The notes under the pieces: model-generated
Told to the model about the DNA's origin: nothing
Seen by the model: the letters and a program-made list of their open reading frames with translations, nothing else
Databases searched by the model: none
Assembly (NCBI GenBank): GCA_964016885.1
Contig: OZ024743.1
Coordinates: 220,720,001-220,784,000, forward strand
Direction of reading: 5' to 3'
Length of the DNA: 64,000 nucleotides
From: Eledone cirrhosa
Taxonomy: Eukaryota
Program-made: the position numbers and the translations under genes
Part shown: one piece after another, positions 26,298 to 43,817 of the stretch
How the letters are laid out: every line of letters begins with the position of its first letter
Position numbering within the stretch: the stretch's first letter is position 1

Positions 26298-29200
26298 CCC
26301 AACCACTTTAGCTCCATATAACCAACACAGAACAATCTCCCCCACGCCACTTTACCTCCATATAACCAACACAGAACAATCTCCCCCACACCACTTTACC
26401 TCCATATAACCAACACAGAACAATCTCCCCCACACCACTTTACCTTCATATAACCAACACAGAACAATCTCCCCCACACCACTTTACCTCCATATAACCA
26501 ACACAGAACAATCTCCCCCACACCACTTTACCTCCATATAACCAACACAGAACAATCTACCCACACCACTTACCTCCATATAACCAACACAGAACAATCT
26601 CCCCCACGCCACTTTACCTCCATATAACCAACACAGAACAATCTCCCCCACACCACTTTACCTCCATATAACCAACACAGAACAATTTCCCCCACACCAC
26701 TTCACCTCCATATAACCAACACAGAACAATCTCCCCCACACCACTTTACCTCCATATAACCAACACAGAACAATCTACCCACACCACTTACCTCCATATA
26801 ACCAACACAGAACAATCTCCCCCACGCCACTTTACCTCCATATAACCAACACAGAACAATCTCCCCCACACCACTTTACCTCCATATAACCAACACAGAA
26901 CAATTTCCCCCACACCACTTCACCTCCATATAACCAACACAGAACAATCTCCCCCACACCACCTTACCTCCATATAACCAACACAGAACAATCTCCCCCA
27001 CACCACTTTACCTTCATATAACCAACACAGAACAATTTCCCCCACACCACTTTACCTCCATATAACCAACACAGAACAATCTCCCCCACACCACTTTACC
27101 TTCATATAACCAACACAGAACAATTTCCCCCACACCACTTACCTCCATATAACTAACACAGAACAATTTCCCCCACACCACTTTACCTTCATATAACCAA
27201 CACAGAACAATTTCCCCCACACCACTTACCTCCATATAACTAACACAGAACAATCTCCCCCACACCACTTTACCTTCATATAACCAACACAGAACAATTT
27301 CCCCCACACCACTTACCTCCATATAACTAACACAGAACAATTTCCCCCACACCACTTTACCTTCATATAACCAACACAGAACAATTTCCCCCACACCACT
27401 TACCTCCATATAACTAACACAGAACAATTTCCCCCACACCACTTTACCTCCATATATACAACACAGAACAATCTCCCCCACACCACTTTACCTCCATATA
27501 ACCAACACAGAACAATCTCCCCCACATCACTTTACCTTCATATAACCAACACAGAACAATCTCCCCCACACCACTTTACCTCCATATAACCAACACAGAA
27601 CAATCTCCCCCACACCACTTTACCTCCATATAACCAACACAGAACAATCTCCCCCACACCACTTTACCTTCATATAACCAACACAGAACAATTTCCCCCA
27701 CACCACTTACCTCCATATATACAACACAGAACAATTTCCCCCACACCACTTTACCTCCATATAACCAACACAGAACAATCTCCCCCACACCACTTTACCT
27801 CCATATAACCAACACAGAACAATCTCCCCCACATCACTTTACCTTCATATAACCAACACAGAACAATCTCCCCCACACCACTTTACCTCCATATAACCAA
27901 CACAGAACAATCTCCCCCACACCACTTTACCTCCATATAACCAACACAGAACAATCTCCCCCACACCACTTTACCTCCATATAACCAACACAGAACAATC
28001 TCCCCCACACCACTTTACCTCCATATAACCAACACAGAACAATCTCCCCCACACCACTTTACCTCCATATAACCAACACAGAACAATCTCCCCCACACCA
28101 CTTTACCTTCATATAACCAACACAGAACAATCTCCCCCACACCACTTTACCTCCATATAACCAACACAGAACAATCTCCCCCACACCACTTTACCTCCAT
28201 ATAACCAAGACAGAACAATCTCCCCCACACCACTTTACCTCCATATAACCAACACAGAACAATCTCCCCCACACCACTTTACCTTCATATAACCAACACA
28301 GAACAATCTCCCCCACACCACTTTACCTCCATATAACCAACACAGAACAATCTCCCCCACACCACTTTACCTCCATATAACCAACACAGAACACTTTCTC
28401 CCACACCACTTTACCTCCATATAACCAACACAGAACAATCTCCCCCACACCACTTTACCTCCATATAACCAACACAGAACAATCTCCCCCACACCACTTT
28501 ACCTTCATATAACCAACACAGAACAATTTCCCCCACACCACTTTACCTCCATATAACCAACACAGAACAATCTCCCCCACACCACTTTACCTTCATATAA
28601 CCAACACAGAACAATCTCCCCCACACCACTTTACCTCCATATAACCAACACAGAACAATCTCCCCCACACCACTTTACCTCCATATATACAACACAGAAC
28701 AATCTCCCCCACACCACTTTACCTCCATATAACGAACACACAACAATTTCCCCCACACCACTTTACCTACATATAACGAACACACAACAATTTCCCCCAC
28801 ACCACTTTACCTCCATATAACCAACATAGAACAATTTCCCCCACACCACTTTACCTCCATATAACCAACACAGAACAATCTCCCCCAAACCACTTTACCT
28901 CCATATAACCAACACAGAACAATCTCCCCCACACCACTTTACCTCCATATATACAACACAGAACAATTTCCTCCACACCACTTTACCTCCATATAACGAA
29001 CACACAACAATTTCCCCCACACCACTTTACCTCCATATAACCAACATAGAACAATTTCCCCCACACCACTTTACCTCCATATAACCAACACAGAACAATC
29101 TCCCCCAAACCACTTTACCTCCATATAACCAACACAGAACAATCTCCCCCACACCACTTTACCTCCATATATACAACACAGAACAATTTCCCCCACACCA

Positions 29201-32200
29201 CTTTACCTCCATATAACCAACACAGAACAATCTCGCCCACACCACTTACCTCCATATATACAACACAGAACAATTTCCCCCACACCACTTTACCTCCATA
29301 TAACGAACACACAACAATTTCCCCCACACCACTTTACCTCCATATAACCAACATAGAACAATTTCCCCCACACCACTTTACCTCCATATAACCAACACAG
29401 AACAATCTCCCCCACACCACTTTACCTCCATATAACCAACACAGAACAATCTCCCCCAAACCACTTTACCTCAATATAACTAACACAGAACATCCCCCAC
29501 ACCACTTAACCTCCATTTAACTAACACAGAATAATTTCCCCCGCACCTGTTCACCTCCATATAACCAACACAGAACAATCTCCCCCACACCACTTTACCT
29601 CCATATAACCAACACAGAACAATCTCCCCCACACCACTTTACCTCCATATAACTAACACAGAACAATTTCCTCCACACCACTATACCTCCATATAACCAA
29701 CACAGAACAATCTCCCCCACACCATTTTACCTCCATATAACCAACACAGAACAATCTCCCCCACACCACTTTACCTCTACATAACTAACACAGAACAATC
29801 TCCCCCACACCACTTTACCTCCATATAACTAACACAGAACAATTTCCCTTACACCATTTTACCTCCATATAACCAACACAAAACAATTTCCCCACACCAC
29901 TTTACCTCCATATAACCAACACAGAACAACCTCCCACAAACCACTTTACCTCTATATAACCAACACAGAACAACCTCCTCCACACCACTTTACCTCCATA
30001 TAACCAACACAGAACAATCTCCCCCACACCACTTTACCTCCATATAACCAACACAGAACAATCTCCCCCACACCACTTTACCTCCATATAACCAACACAG
30101 AACAATCTCCCCCACACCACTTTACCTCCATATAACTAACACAGAACAATCTCCCCCACACCACTTTACCTCCATATAACCAACACAGAAAATCTCCCCC
30201 TTACCTCATATAACCAACACAGAACAATCTCCCCCACACCAATTTACCTCCATATAACTAACACAGAACAATCTCCCCCACACCACTTTACCTCCATATA
30301 ACCAACACAGAAAATCTCCCCCTTACCTCATATAACCAACACAGAACAATCTCCCCCACACCAATTTACCTCCATATAACCAACACAGAACAATCTCCCC
30401 CACACCACTTTACCTCCATATAACTAACACAGAACAATCTCCCCCACACCACTTTACCTCCATATAACCAACACAGAACAACCTCCCCCACACCATGTTA
30501 CCTCCATATAACTAACACAGAACAATCTACCCACACCACTTACCTCCATATAACCAACACAGAACAATCTGCCCCACACCACTTTACCTCCATATAACTA
30601 ACACAGAACAATCTCCCCCACACCACTTTACCTCCATATAACCAACACAGAACAATCTCCCCCAAACCACTTTACCTCCATATAACTAACACAGAACAAT
30701 CTCCCCCACACCACTTTACCTCCATATAACCAACACAGAACAATCTCCCCCACACCACTTTACCTCCATATAACCAACACAGAACAATCTCCCCCACACC
30801 ACTTTACCTCCATATAACTAACACAGAACAATCTCCCCCACACCACTTTACCTCCATATAACCAACACAGAACAATTTCCCCCACACCACTTTACCTCCA
30901 TATAACCAACACAGAACAATCTCCCCCACAACACTTTACCTCCATATAACTAACACAGAACAATTTCCCCCACACCACTTTACCTCCATATAACCAACAC
31001 AGAACAATCTCCCCCACACCACTTTACCTCCATATAACCAACACAGAACAATCTCCCCCACACCACTTTACCTCCATATAACCAACACAGAACAATCTCC
31101 CCCACACCACTTTACCTCCATATAACCAACACAGAACAATCTCCCCCACACCACTTTACCTCCATATAACCAACACAGAACAATTTCCCCCACACCACTT
31201 TACCTCCATATAACCAACACAGAACAATTTCCCCCACACCACTTTACCTCCATATAACCAACACAGAACAATCTGCCCCACACCACTTTACCTCCATATA
31301 ACCAACACAGAACAATTTCCCCCACACCACTTTACCTCCATATAACCAACACAGAACAATCTCCCCCACACCACTTTACCTCCATATAACCAACACAGAA
31401 CAATCTGCCCCACACCACTTTACCTCCATATAACCAAGACAGAACAATCTCCCCCACACCACTTTACCTCCATATAACCAACACAGAACAATCTCCCCCA
31501 CACCACTTTACCTCCATATAACCAACACAGAACAATCTCCCCCACATCACTTTACCTCCATATAACCAACACAGAACAATTTCCCCCACACCACTTTACC
31601 TCCATATAACCAACACAGAACAATTTCCCCCACACCACTTTACCTCCATATAACCAACACAGAACAATCTGCCCCACACCACTTTACCTCCATATAACCA
31701 ACACAGAACAATCTCCCCCACACCACTTTACCTCCATATAACCAACACAGAACAATCTCCCCCACACCACTTTACCTCCATATAACCAACACAGAACAAT
31801 CTCCCCCACACCACTTTACCTCCATATAACCAACACAGAACAATCTCCCCCACACCACTTTACCTCCATATAACCAACACAGAACAATTTCCCCCACACC
31901 ACTTTACCTCCATATAACCAACACAGAACAATTTCCCCCACACCACTTTACCTCCATATAACCAACACAGAACAATCTGCCCCACACCACTTTACCTCCA
32001 TATAACCAACACAGAACAATTTCCCCCACACCACTTTACCTCCATATAACCAACACAGAACAATCTCCCCCACAGCACTTTACCTCCATATAACCAACAC
32101 AGAACAATCTGCCCCACACCACTTTACCTCCATATAACCAAGACAGAACAATCTCCCCCACACCACTTTACCTCCATATAACCAACACAGAACAATCTCC

Positions 32201-35200
32201 CCCACACCACTTTACCTCCATATAACCAACACAGAACAATCTCCCCCACATCACTTTACCTCCATATAACCAACACAGAACAATTTCCCCCACACCACTT
32301 TACCTCCATATAACCAACACAGAACAATTTCCCCCACACCACTTTACCTCCATATAACCAACACAGAACAATCTGCCCCACACCACTTTACCTCCATATA
32401 ACCAACACAGAACAATCTCCCCCACACCACTTTACCTCCATATAACCAACACAGAACAATCTCCCCCACACCACTTTACCTCCATATAACCAACACAGAA
32501 CAATCTCCCCCACACCACTTTACCTCCATATAACCAACACAGAACAATCTCCCCCACACCACTTTACCTCCATATAACCAACACAGAACAATTTCCCCCA
32601 CACCACTTTACCTCCATATAACCAACACAGAACAATTTCCCCCACACCACTTTACCTCCATATAACCAACACAGAACAATCTCCCCCACACCACTTTACC
32701 TTCATATAACCAACACAGAACAATTTCCCCCCACACCACTTTACCTCCATATAACCAACACAGAACAATCTCCCCCACACCACTTTACCTCCATATAACC
32801 AACACAGAACAATCTCCCCCACGCCACTTTACCTCCATATAACCAACACAGAACAATCTCCCCCACACCACTTTACCTCCATATAACCAACACAGAACAA
32901 TCTCCCCCACACCACTTTACCTCCATATAACCAACACACAACAATCTCCCCCACACCACTTTACCTCCATATAACTAACACAGAACAATTTCCTCCACAC
33001 CACTTTACCTCCATATAACCAACACAGAACAATTTCCCCCACACCACTTACCTCCATATAACCAACACAGAACAATCTCCCCCACACCACTTTACCTCCA
33101 TATAACCAACACAGAACAATCTCCCCCACACCACTTTACCTCCATATAACCAACACAGAACAATCTCCCCCACACCACTTTACCTCCATATAACCAACAC
33201 AGAACAATCTCCCCCACACCACTTTACCTCCATATAACCAACACAGAACAATCTCCCCCACACCACTTTACCTCCATATAACCAACACAGAACAATTTCC
33301 CCCACACCACTTTACCTCCATATAACCAACACAGAACAATTTCCCCCACACCACTTTACCTCCATATAACCAACACAGAACAATCTCCCCCACACCACTT
33401 TACCTTCATATAACCAACACAGAACAATTTCCCCCACACCACTTTACCTCCATATAACCAACACAGAACAACCTCCCCCACACCACTTTACCTCCATATA
33501 ACCAACACAGAACAATCTCCCCCACGCCACTTTACCTCCATATAACCAACACAGAACAATCTCCCCCACACCACTTTACCTCCATATAACCAACACACAA
33601 CAATCTCCCCCACACCACTTTACCTCCATATAACTAACACAGAACAATTTCCTCCACACCACTTTACCTCCATATAACCAACACAGAACAATTTCCCCCA
33701 CACCACTTACCTCCATATAACCAACACAGAACAATCTCCCCCACACCACTTTACCTCCATATAACTAACACAGAACAATTTCTCCCCCACACCACTTTAC
33801 CTCCATATATACAACACAGAACAATCTCCCCCACCGCACTTTACCTCCATATAACCAACACAGAACAATCTCCCCCACACCACTTTACCTCCATATAACC
33901 AACACAGAACAACCTCCCCCACACCACTTTACCTCCATATAACCAACACAGAACAACCTCCCCCACACCACTTTACCTCCATATAACCAACACAGAACAA
34001 TCTCCCCCACACCACTTTACCTCCATATAACCAACACAGAACAATCTCCCCCACACCACTTTACCTCCATATAACCAACACAGAACAATCTCCCCCACAC
34101 CACTTTACCTCCATATAACCAACACAGAACAATCTCCCCCACACCACTTTACCTCCATATAACCAACACAGAACAATCTCCCCCACACCACTTTACCTCC
34201 ATATAACCAACACAGAACAATCTCCCCCACATCACTTTACCTCCATATAACCAACACAGAACAATCTCCCCCACACCACCTTACCTCCATATAACCAACA
34301 CAGAACAACCTCCCACAAACCACTTTACCTCTATATAACCAACACAGAACAATTTCCCCCACACCACTTTACCTCCATATAACCAACACAGAACAATCTC
34401 CTCCACACCACTTTACCTCCATATAACCAACACAGAACAATCTCCCCCACACCACTTTACCTCCATATAACCAACACAGAACAATCTCCCCCACACCACT
34501 TTACCTCCATATAACCAACACAGAACAATCTCCCCCACACCACTTTACCTCCATATAACTAACACAGAACAATCTCCCCCACACCACTTTACCTCCATAT
34601 AACCAACACAGAAAATCTCCCCCTTACCTCATATAACCAACACAGAACAATCTCCCCCACACCAATTTACCTCCATATAACTAACACAGAACAATCTCCC
34701 CCACACCACTTTACCTCCATATAACCAACACAGAACAACCTCCCCCACACCATGTTACCTCCATATAACTAACACAGAACAATCTACCCACACCACTTAC
34801 CTCCATATAACCAACACAGAACAATCTGCCCCACACCACTTTACCTCCATATAACTAACACAGAACAATCTCCCCCACACCACTTTACCTCCATATAACC
34901 AACACAGAACAATCTCCCCCAAACCACTTTACCTCCATATAACTAACACAGAACAATCTCCCCCACACCACTTTACCTCCATATAACCAACACAGAACAA
35001 TCTCCCCCACACCACTTTACCTCCATATAACCAACACAGAACAATCTCCCCCACACCACTTTACCTCCATATAACTAACACAGAACAATCTCCCCCACAC
35101 CACTTTACCTCCATATAACCAACACAGAACAATTTCCCCCACACCACTTTAACTCCATATAACCAACACAGAACAATCTCCCCCACAACACTTTACCTCC

Positions 35201-38200
35201 ATATAACTAACACAGAACAATCTCCCCCACACCACTTTACCTCCATATAACCAACACAGAACAATCTCCCCCACACCACTTTACCTCCATATAACCAACA
35301 CAGAACAATCTCCCCCACACCACTTTACCTCCATATAACCAACACAGAACAATTTCCCCCACACCACTTTACCTCCATATAACCAACACAGAACAATTTC
35401 CCCCACACCACTTTACCTCCATATAACCAACACAGAACAATTTCCCCCACACCACTTTACCTCCATATAACCAACACAGAACAATCTCCCCCACACCACT
35501 TTACCTCCATATAACCAACACAGAACAATCTCCACCACACCACTTTACCTCCATATAACCAACACAGAACAATCTCCCCCACACCACTTTACCTCCATAT
35601 AACCAACACAGAACAACCTCCTCCACACCACTTTACCTCCATATAACCAACACAGAACAATCTCCCCCACATCACTTTACCTTCATATAACCAACACAGA
35701 ACAACCTCCTCCACACCACTTTACCTCCATATAACCAACACAGAACAATCTCCCCCACACCACTTTACCTCCATATAACCAACACAGAACAACCTCCTCC
35801 ACACCACTTTACCTCCATATAACCAACACAGAACAATCTCCCCCACACCACTTTACCTTCATATAACCAACACAGAACAATTTCCCCCACACCACTTTAC
35901 CTCCATATAACCAACACAGAACAACCTCCCCCACACCACTTTACCTCCATATAACCAACACAGAACAATCTCCCCCACGCCACTTTACCTCCATATAACC
36001 AACACAGAACAATCTCCCCCACACCACTTTACCTCCATATAACCAACACAGAACAATCTCCCCCACACCACTTTACCTCCATATAACCAACACACAACAA
36101 TCTCCCCCACACCACTTTACCTCCATATAACTAACACAGAACAATTTCCTCCACACCACTTTACCTCCATATAACCAACACAGAACAATCTCCCCCACAC
36201 CACTTTACCTCCATATAACTAACACAGAACAATCTCCCCCACACCACTTTACCTCCATATATACAACACAGAACAATCTCCCCCACCGCACTTTACCTCC
36301 ATATAACCAACACAGAACAATCTCCCCCACACCACTTTACCTCCATATAACCAACACAGAACAATCTCCCCCACACCACTTTACCTCCATATAACCAACA
36401 CAGAACAATCTCCCCCACACCACTTTACCTCCATATAACCAACACAGAACAATCTCCCCCACGCCACTTTACCTCCATATAACCAACACAGAACAATCTC
36501 CCCCACACCACTTTACCTCCATATAACCAATACAGAACAATTTCTCCCCCACCGCACTTTAGCTCCATATAACCAACACAGAACAATCTCCCCCACACCA
36601 CTTTACCTCCATATAACCAACACAGAACAATCTCCCCCACACCACTTTACCTCCATATAACCAACACAGAACAATCTCCCCCACGCCACTTTACCTCCAT
36701 ATAACCAACACAGAACAATCTCCCCCACACCACTTTACCTCCATATAACCAATACAGAACAATTTCTCCCCCACCGCACTTTAGCTCCATATAACCAACA
36801 CAGAACAATCTCCCCCACACCACTTTACCTCCATATAACCAACACAGAACAATTTCCCCCACACCACTTTACCTCCATATAACCAACACAGAACAATCTC
36901 CCCCACACCACTTTACCTCCATATAACCAACACAGAACAATCTCCCCCACACCACTTCACCTCCATATAACCAACACAGAACAATCTCCCCCACACCACT
37001 TTACCTCCATATAACCAACACAGAACAATCTCCCCCACACCACTTTACCTCCATATAACCAACACAGAACAATTTCCCCCACACCACTTTACCTCCATAT
37101 AACCAACACAGAACAATCTCCCCCACACCACTTTACCTCCATATAACCAACACAGAACAATCTCCCCCACACCACTTTACCTCCATATAACCAACACAGA
37201 ACAATCTCCCCCACACCACTTTACCTCCATATAACCAACACAGAACAATTTCCCCCACACCACTTTACCTCCATATAACCAACACAGAACAATCTCCCCC
37301 ACACCACTTTACCTCCATATAACCAACACAGAACAATCTCCCCCACACCACTTTACCTCCATATAACCAACACAGAACAGTCTCCCCCACACCACTTTAC
37401 CTCCATATAACCAACACAGAACAATCTCCCCCACACCACTTTACCTCCATATAACCAACACAGAACAATTTCTCCCCCACACCACTTTACCTCCATATAA
37501 CCAACACAGAACAATCTCTCTCCCACACCACTTTCCCTCCATATACCCAACACAGAACAATCTCCCCCACACCACCTTACCTCCATATAACCAACACAGA
37601 ACAATCTCCCCCACACCACCTTACCTCCATATAACCAACACAGAACAATTTCTCCCACACCACTATATTTCCATATAACCAACACAGAACAACCTCCCCC
37701 ACACCATGTTACCTCCATATAACCAACACAGAACAATTTCCCCCACACCACTTTACCTCCATATAACAAACACAGAACAATTTCCCCCACACCACTTACC
37801 TCCATATAACCAACACAGAACAATTTCCCCCACACCACTTTACCTCCATATAACCAACACAGAACAATTTCCCCCACACCACTTTACCTCCATATAACCA
37901 ACACCGAACAATTTCCCCCACACCACTTTACCTCCATATAACCAACACAGAACAATTTCCCCCACACCACTTACCTCCATATAACCAACACAGAACAATC
38001 TCCACCACACCACTTTACCTCCATATAACCAACACAGAACAATCTCCCCCACACCACTTTACCTCCATATAACCAACACAGAACAATTTCTCCCACACCA
38101 CTTTACCTCCATATAACCAACACAGAACAATTTCCCCCACACCACTTTACCTCCATATAACCAACACAGAACAATTTCCCCCACACCACTTTACCTCCAT

Positions 38201-41200
38201 ATAACCAACACAGAACAATTTCCCCCACACCACTTTACCTCCATATAACCAACACAGAACAATTTCTCCCACACCACTTTACCTCCATATAACCAACACA
38301 GAACAATTTCCCCCACACCACTTTACCTCCATATAACCAACACAGAACAATCTCCCCCACACCACTTTACCTCCATATAACCAACACAGAACAATTTCCC
38401 CCACACCACTTTACCTCCATATAACCAACACAGAACAATTTCCCCCACACCACTTTACCTCCATATAACCAACACAGAACAATTTCCCCCACACCACTTT
38501 ACCTCCATATAACCAACACAGAACAATCTCCCCCACACCACTTTACCTCCATATAACCAACACAGAACAATCTCCCCCACACCACTTTACCTCCATATAA
38601 CCAACACAGAACAATTTCCCCCACACCACTTTACCTCCATATAACCAACACAGAACAATTTCCCCCACACCACTTTACCTCCATATAACCAACACAGAAC
38701 AATCTCCCCCACACCACTTTACCTCCATATAACCAACACAGAACAATTTCCCCCACACCACTTTACCTCCATATAACCAACACAGAACAATCTCCCCCAC
38801 ACCACTTTACCTCCATATAACCAACACAGAACAATTTCTCCCACACCACTTTACCTCCATATAACCAACACAGAACAATCTCCCCCACACCACTTTACCT
38901 CCATATAACCAACACAGAACAATCTCCCCCACACCACTTTACCTCCATATAACCAACACAGAACAATTTCTCCCATACCACTTTACCTCCATATAACCAA
39001 CACAGAACAATCTCCCCCACACCACTTTACCTCCATATAACCAACACAGAACAATTTCTCCCACACCACTTTACCTCCATATAACTAACACAGAACAATC
39101 TCCCCCACACCACTTTACCTCCATATAACCAACACAGAACAATCTCCCCCACACCACTTTACCTCCATATAACCAACACAGAACAATTTCCCCCACACCA
39201 CTTACCTCCATATAACCAACCCAGAACAATTTCCTCCACACCACTTTACCTCCATATAACCAACACAGAACAGTCTCCCCCACACCACTTTACCTCCATA
39301 TAACCAACACAGAACAATCTCCCCCACACCACTTTACCTCCATATAACCAACACAGAACAATCTCCCCCACACCACTTTAACTCCATATAACCAACACAG
39401 AACAATCTCCCCCACACCACTTTAACTCCATATAACCAACACAGAACAATTTCTCCCACACCACTTTACCTCCATATAACCAACACAGAACAATTTCTCC
39501 CACACCACTTTACCTCCATATAACCAACACAGAACAATCTCCCCCACACCACTTTACCTCCATATAACCAACACAGAACAATTTCTCCCACACCACTTTA
39601 CCTCCATATAACTAACACAGAACAATCTCCCCCACACCACTTTACCTCCATATAACCAACACAGAACAATCTCCCCCACACCACTTTACCTCCATATAAC
39701 CAACACAGAACAATTTCCCCCACACCACTTACCTTCATATAACCAACCCAGAACAATTTCCTCCACACCACTTTACCTCCATATAACCAACACAGAACAG
39801 TCTCCCCCACACCACTTTACCTCCATATAACCAACACAGAACAATCTCCCCCACACCACTTTAACTCCATATAACCAACACAGAACAATCTCCCCCACAC
39901 CACTTTAACTCCATATAACCAACACAGAACAATTTCCCCCACACCACTTTACCTCCATATAACCAACACAGAACAATCTCCCCCACACCACTTTAACTCC
40001 ATATAACCAACACAGAACAATCTCCCCCACACCACTTTAACTCCATATAACCAACACAGAACAATTTCCCCCACACCACTTTACCTCCATATAACCAACA
40101 CAGAACAATCTCCCCCACACCACTTTACCTCCATATAACCAACACAGAACAATTTCTCCCACACCACTTTACCTCCATATAACCAACACAGAACAATCTC
40201 CCCCACACCACTTTACCTCCATATAACCAACACAGAACAATTTCTCCCACACCACTTTACCTCCATATAACTAACACAGAACAATCTCCCCCACACCACT
40301 TTACCTCCATATAACCAACACAGAACAATCTCCCCCACACCACTTTACCTCCATATAACCAACACAGAACAGTCTCCCCCACACCACTTTACCTCCATAT
40401 AACCAACACAGAACAATCTCCCCCACACCACTTTAACTCCATATAACCAACACAGAACAATCTCCCCCACACCACTTTACCTCCATATAACCAACACAGA
40501 ACAATCTCCCCCACACCACTTTACCTCCATATAACCAACACAGAACAATCTCCCCCACACCACTTTAACTCCATATAACCAACACAGAACAATCTCCCCC
40601 ACACCACTTTAACTCCATATAACCAACACAGAACAATCTCCCCCACACCACTTTAACTCCATATAACCAACACAGAACAATCTCCCCCACACCACTTTAA
40701 CTCCATATAACCAACACAGAACAATCTCCCCCACACCACTTTAACTCCATATAACCAACACAGAACAATCTCCCCCACACCACTTTAACTCCATATAACC
40801 AACACAGAACAATCTCCCCCACACCACTTTAACTCCATATAACCAACACAGAACAATCTCCCCCACACCACTTTACCTCCATATAACCAACACAGAACAA
40901 TTTCCCCCACACAACTTTACCTCCATATAACCAACACAGAACAATCTCCCCCACACCACTTTACCTCCATATAACCAACACAGAACAATCTCCCCCACAC
41001 CACTTTACCTCCATATAACCAACACACAACAATCTCCCCCACACCACTTTACCTCCATTAACGAACACAGAACAATCTCCCCCACACCACTTTACCTCCA
41101 TATAACCAACACAGAACAATCTCCCCCACACCACTTTACCTCCATATAACCAACACAGAACAATTTCCCCCACACCACTTTACCTCCATATAACCAACAC

Positions 41201-43817
41201 AGAACAATTTCCCCCACACCACTTTACCTCCATATAACCAACACAGAACAATCTCCCCCACACCACTTTACCTCCATATAACCAACACAGAACAATCTCC
41301 CCCACACCACTTTACCTCCATATAACCAACACAGAACAATCTCCCCCACACCACTTTACCTCCATATAACCAACACAGAACAATCTCCACCACACCACTT
41401 TACCTCCATATAACCAACACAGAACAATTTCCCCCACACCACTTTACCTTCATATAACCAACACAGAACAATCTCCCCCACACCACTTTACCTCCATATA
41501 ACCAACACAGAACAATCTCTCTACCACACCACTTTACCTCCATATAACCAACACAGAACAATTTGTCCCCCACACCACTTTACCTCCATATAACCAACAC
41601 AGAACAATCTCCACCACACCAATTTACCTCCATATAACCAACACAGAACAATCTCCCCCACACCACTTTACCTCCATATAACCAACACAGAACAATCTCC
41701 CCCACACAACTTTACCTCCATATAACTAACACAGAACAATCTCCCCCACACCACTTTACCTCCATATAACCAACACAGAACAATCTCCCCCACACAACTT
41801 TACCTCCATATAACTAACACGGAACAATCTCCCCCACACCACTTTACCTCCATATAACCAACACAGAACAATTTCCCCCACACCACTTTACCTCCATATA
41901 ACCAACACAGAACAATTTCCCCCACACCACTTTACCTCCATATAACCAACACAGAACAATTTCCCCCACACCACTTTACCTCCATATAACCAACACAGAA
42001 CAATTTCCCCCACACCACTTTACCTCCATATAACCAACACAGAACAATTTGTCCCCCACACCACTTTACCTCCATATAACCAACACAGAACAATCTACCC
42101 ACACCACTTTACCTCCATATAACCAACACAGAACAATTTGTCCCCCACACCACTTTACCTCCATATAACTAACACAGAACAATCTCCCCCACACCACTTT
42201 ACCTCCATATAACTAACACAGAACAATCTCCCCCACACCACTTTACCTCCATATAACCAACACAGAACAATCTCCACCACAACACTTTACCTCCATATAA
42301 CCAACACAGAACAATCTCCCCCACACCACTTTACCTCCATATAACCAACACAGAACAATCTCCACCACACCACTTTACCTCCATATAACCAACACAGAAC
42401 AATCTCCCCCACACCACTTTACCTCCATATAACCAACACAGAACAATTTCCCCCACACCACTTTACCTCCATATAACCAACACAGAACAATCTCCCCCAC
42501 ACCACTTTACCTCCATATAACCAACACAGAACAATCTCCCCCACACCACTTTACCTCCATATAACTAACACAGAACAACCTCCCCCACACCACTTTACCT
42601 CCATATAACCAACACAGAACAATTTCCCCCACACCACTTTACCTCTATATAACCAACACAGAACAATTTCCCCCACACCACTTTACCTTCATATAACCAA
42701 CACAGAACAATCTCCCCCACACCACTTTACCTCCATATAACCAACACAGAACAATCTCCACCACACCACTTTACCTCCATATAACCAACACAGAACAATC
42801 TCCACCACACCACTTTACCTCCATATAACTAACACAGAACTCTTTCTCCCACACCACTTTACCTCCATATAACCAACACAGAACAACCTCCCCCACACCA
42901 CTTTACCTCCATATAACCAACACAGAACAATTTCTCCCCCACACCACTTTACCTCCATATAACCAACACAGAACAATTTCTCCCCCACACCACTTTACCT
43001 CCATATAACCAACACAGAACAACCTCCCCCACACCACTTTACCTCCATATAACCAACACAGAACAATTTCTCCCCCACACCACTTTACCTCCATATAACC
43101 AACACAGAACAATTTCTCCCCCACACCACTTTACCTCCATATAACCAACACAGAACAACCTCCCCCACACCACTTTACCTCCATATAACCAACACAGAAC
43201 AATTTCTCCCCCACACCACTTTACCTCCATATAACCAACACAGAACAATCTCTCTCACACCACTTTACCTCCATATAACCAACACAGAACAATTTCCCCC
43301 ACACCACTTTACCTCCATATAACCAACACAGAACAATTTCCCCCACACCACTTTACCTCCATATAACCAACACAGAACAATTTCCCCCACACCACTTTAC
43401 CTCCATATAACCAACACAGAACAATCTCTCTCACACCACTTTACCTCCATATAACCAACACAGAACAATTTCCCCCACACCACTTTACCTCCATATAACC
43501 AACACAGAACAATTTCCCCCACACCACTTTACCTCCATATAACCAACACAGAACAATTTCCCCCACACCACTTTACCTCCATATAACCAACACAGAACAA
43601 TCTCTCTCACACCACTTTACCTCCATATAACCAACACAGAAAATCTCCCCCACACCACTTTACCTCCATATAACCAACACAGAACAATCTCCCCCACACC
43701 ACTTTACCTCCATATAACCAACACAGAACAATCTCCCCCACACCACTTTACCTCCATATAACCAACACAGAACAATCTCCCCCACACCACTTTACCTCCA
43801 TTAAACGAACACAGAAC
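26298..43817. repeat. 44-bp minisatellite/satellite array, ~400 units
   Basis: Consensus CCACTTTACCTCCATATAACCAACACAGAACAATCTCCCCCACA; period 44 (26347 to 26391); about one G per unit on plus strand. Confidence 0.98.
43796..43817 (-). other. Candidate 22-nt microexon at the array boundary
   Basis: Minus strand: gattaatttcttgtttcatcacag|GTTCTGTGTTCGTTTAATGGAG|gtaaagtgg. Confidence 0.3.

Noticed and set aside
26298-43817. CRISPR-like array or coding repeat (MGEIVLCWLYGGKVVW... ORFs)
   Set aside because: No unique spacers; 44 is not a multiple of 3 and frames hit stops every few units
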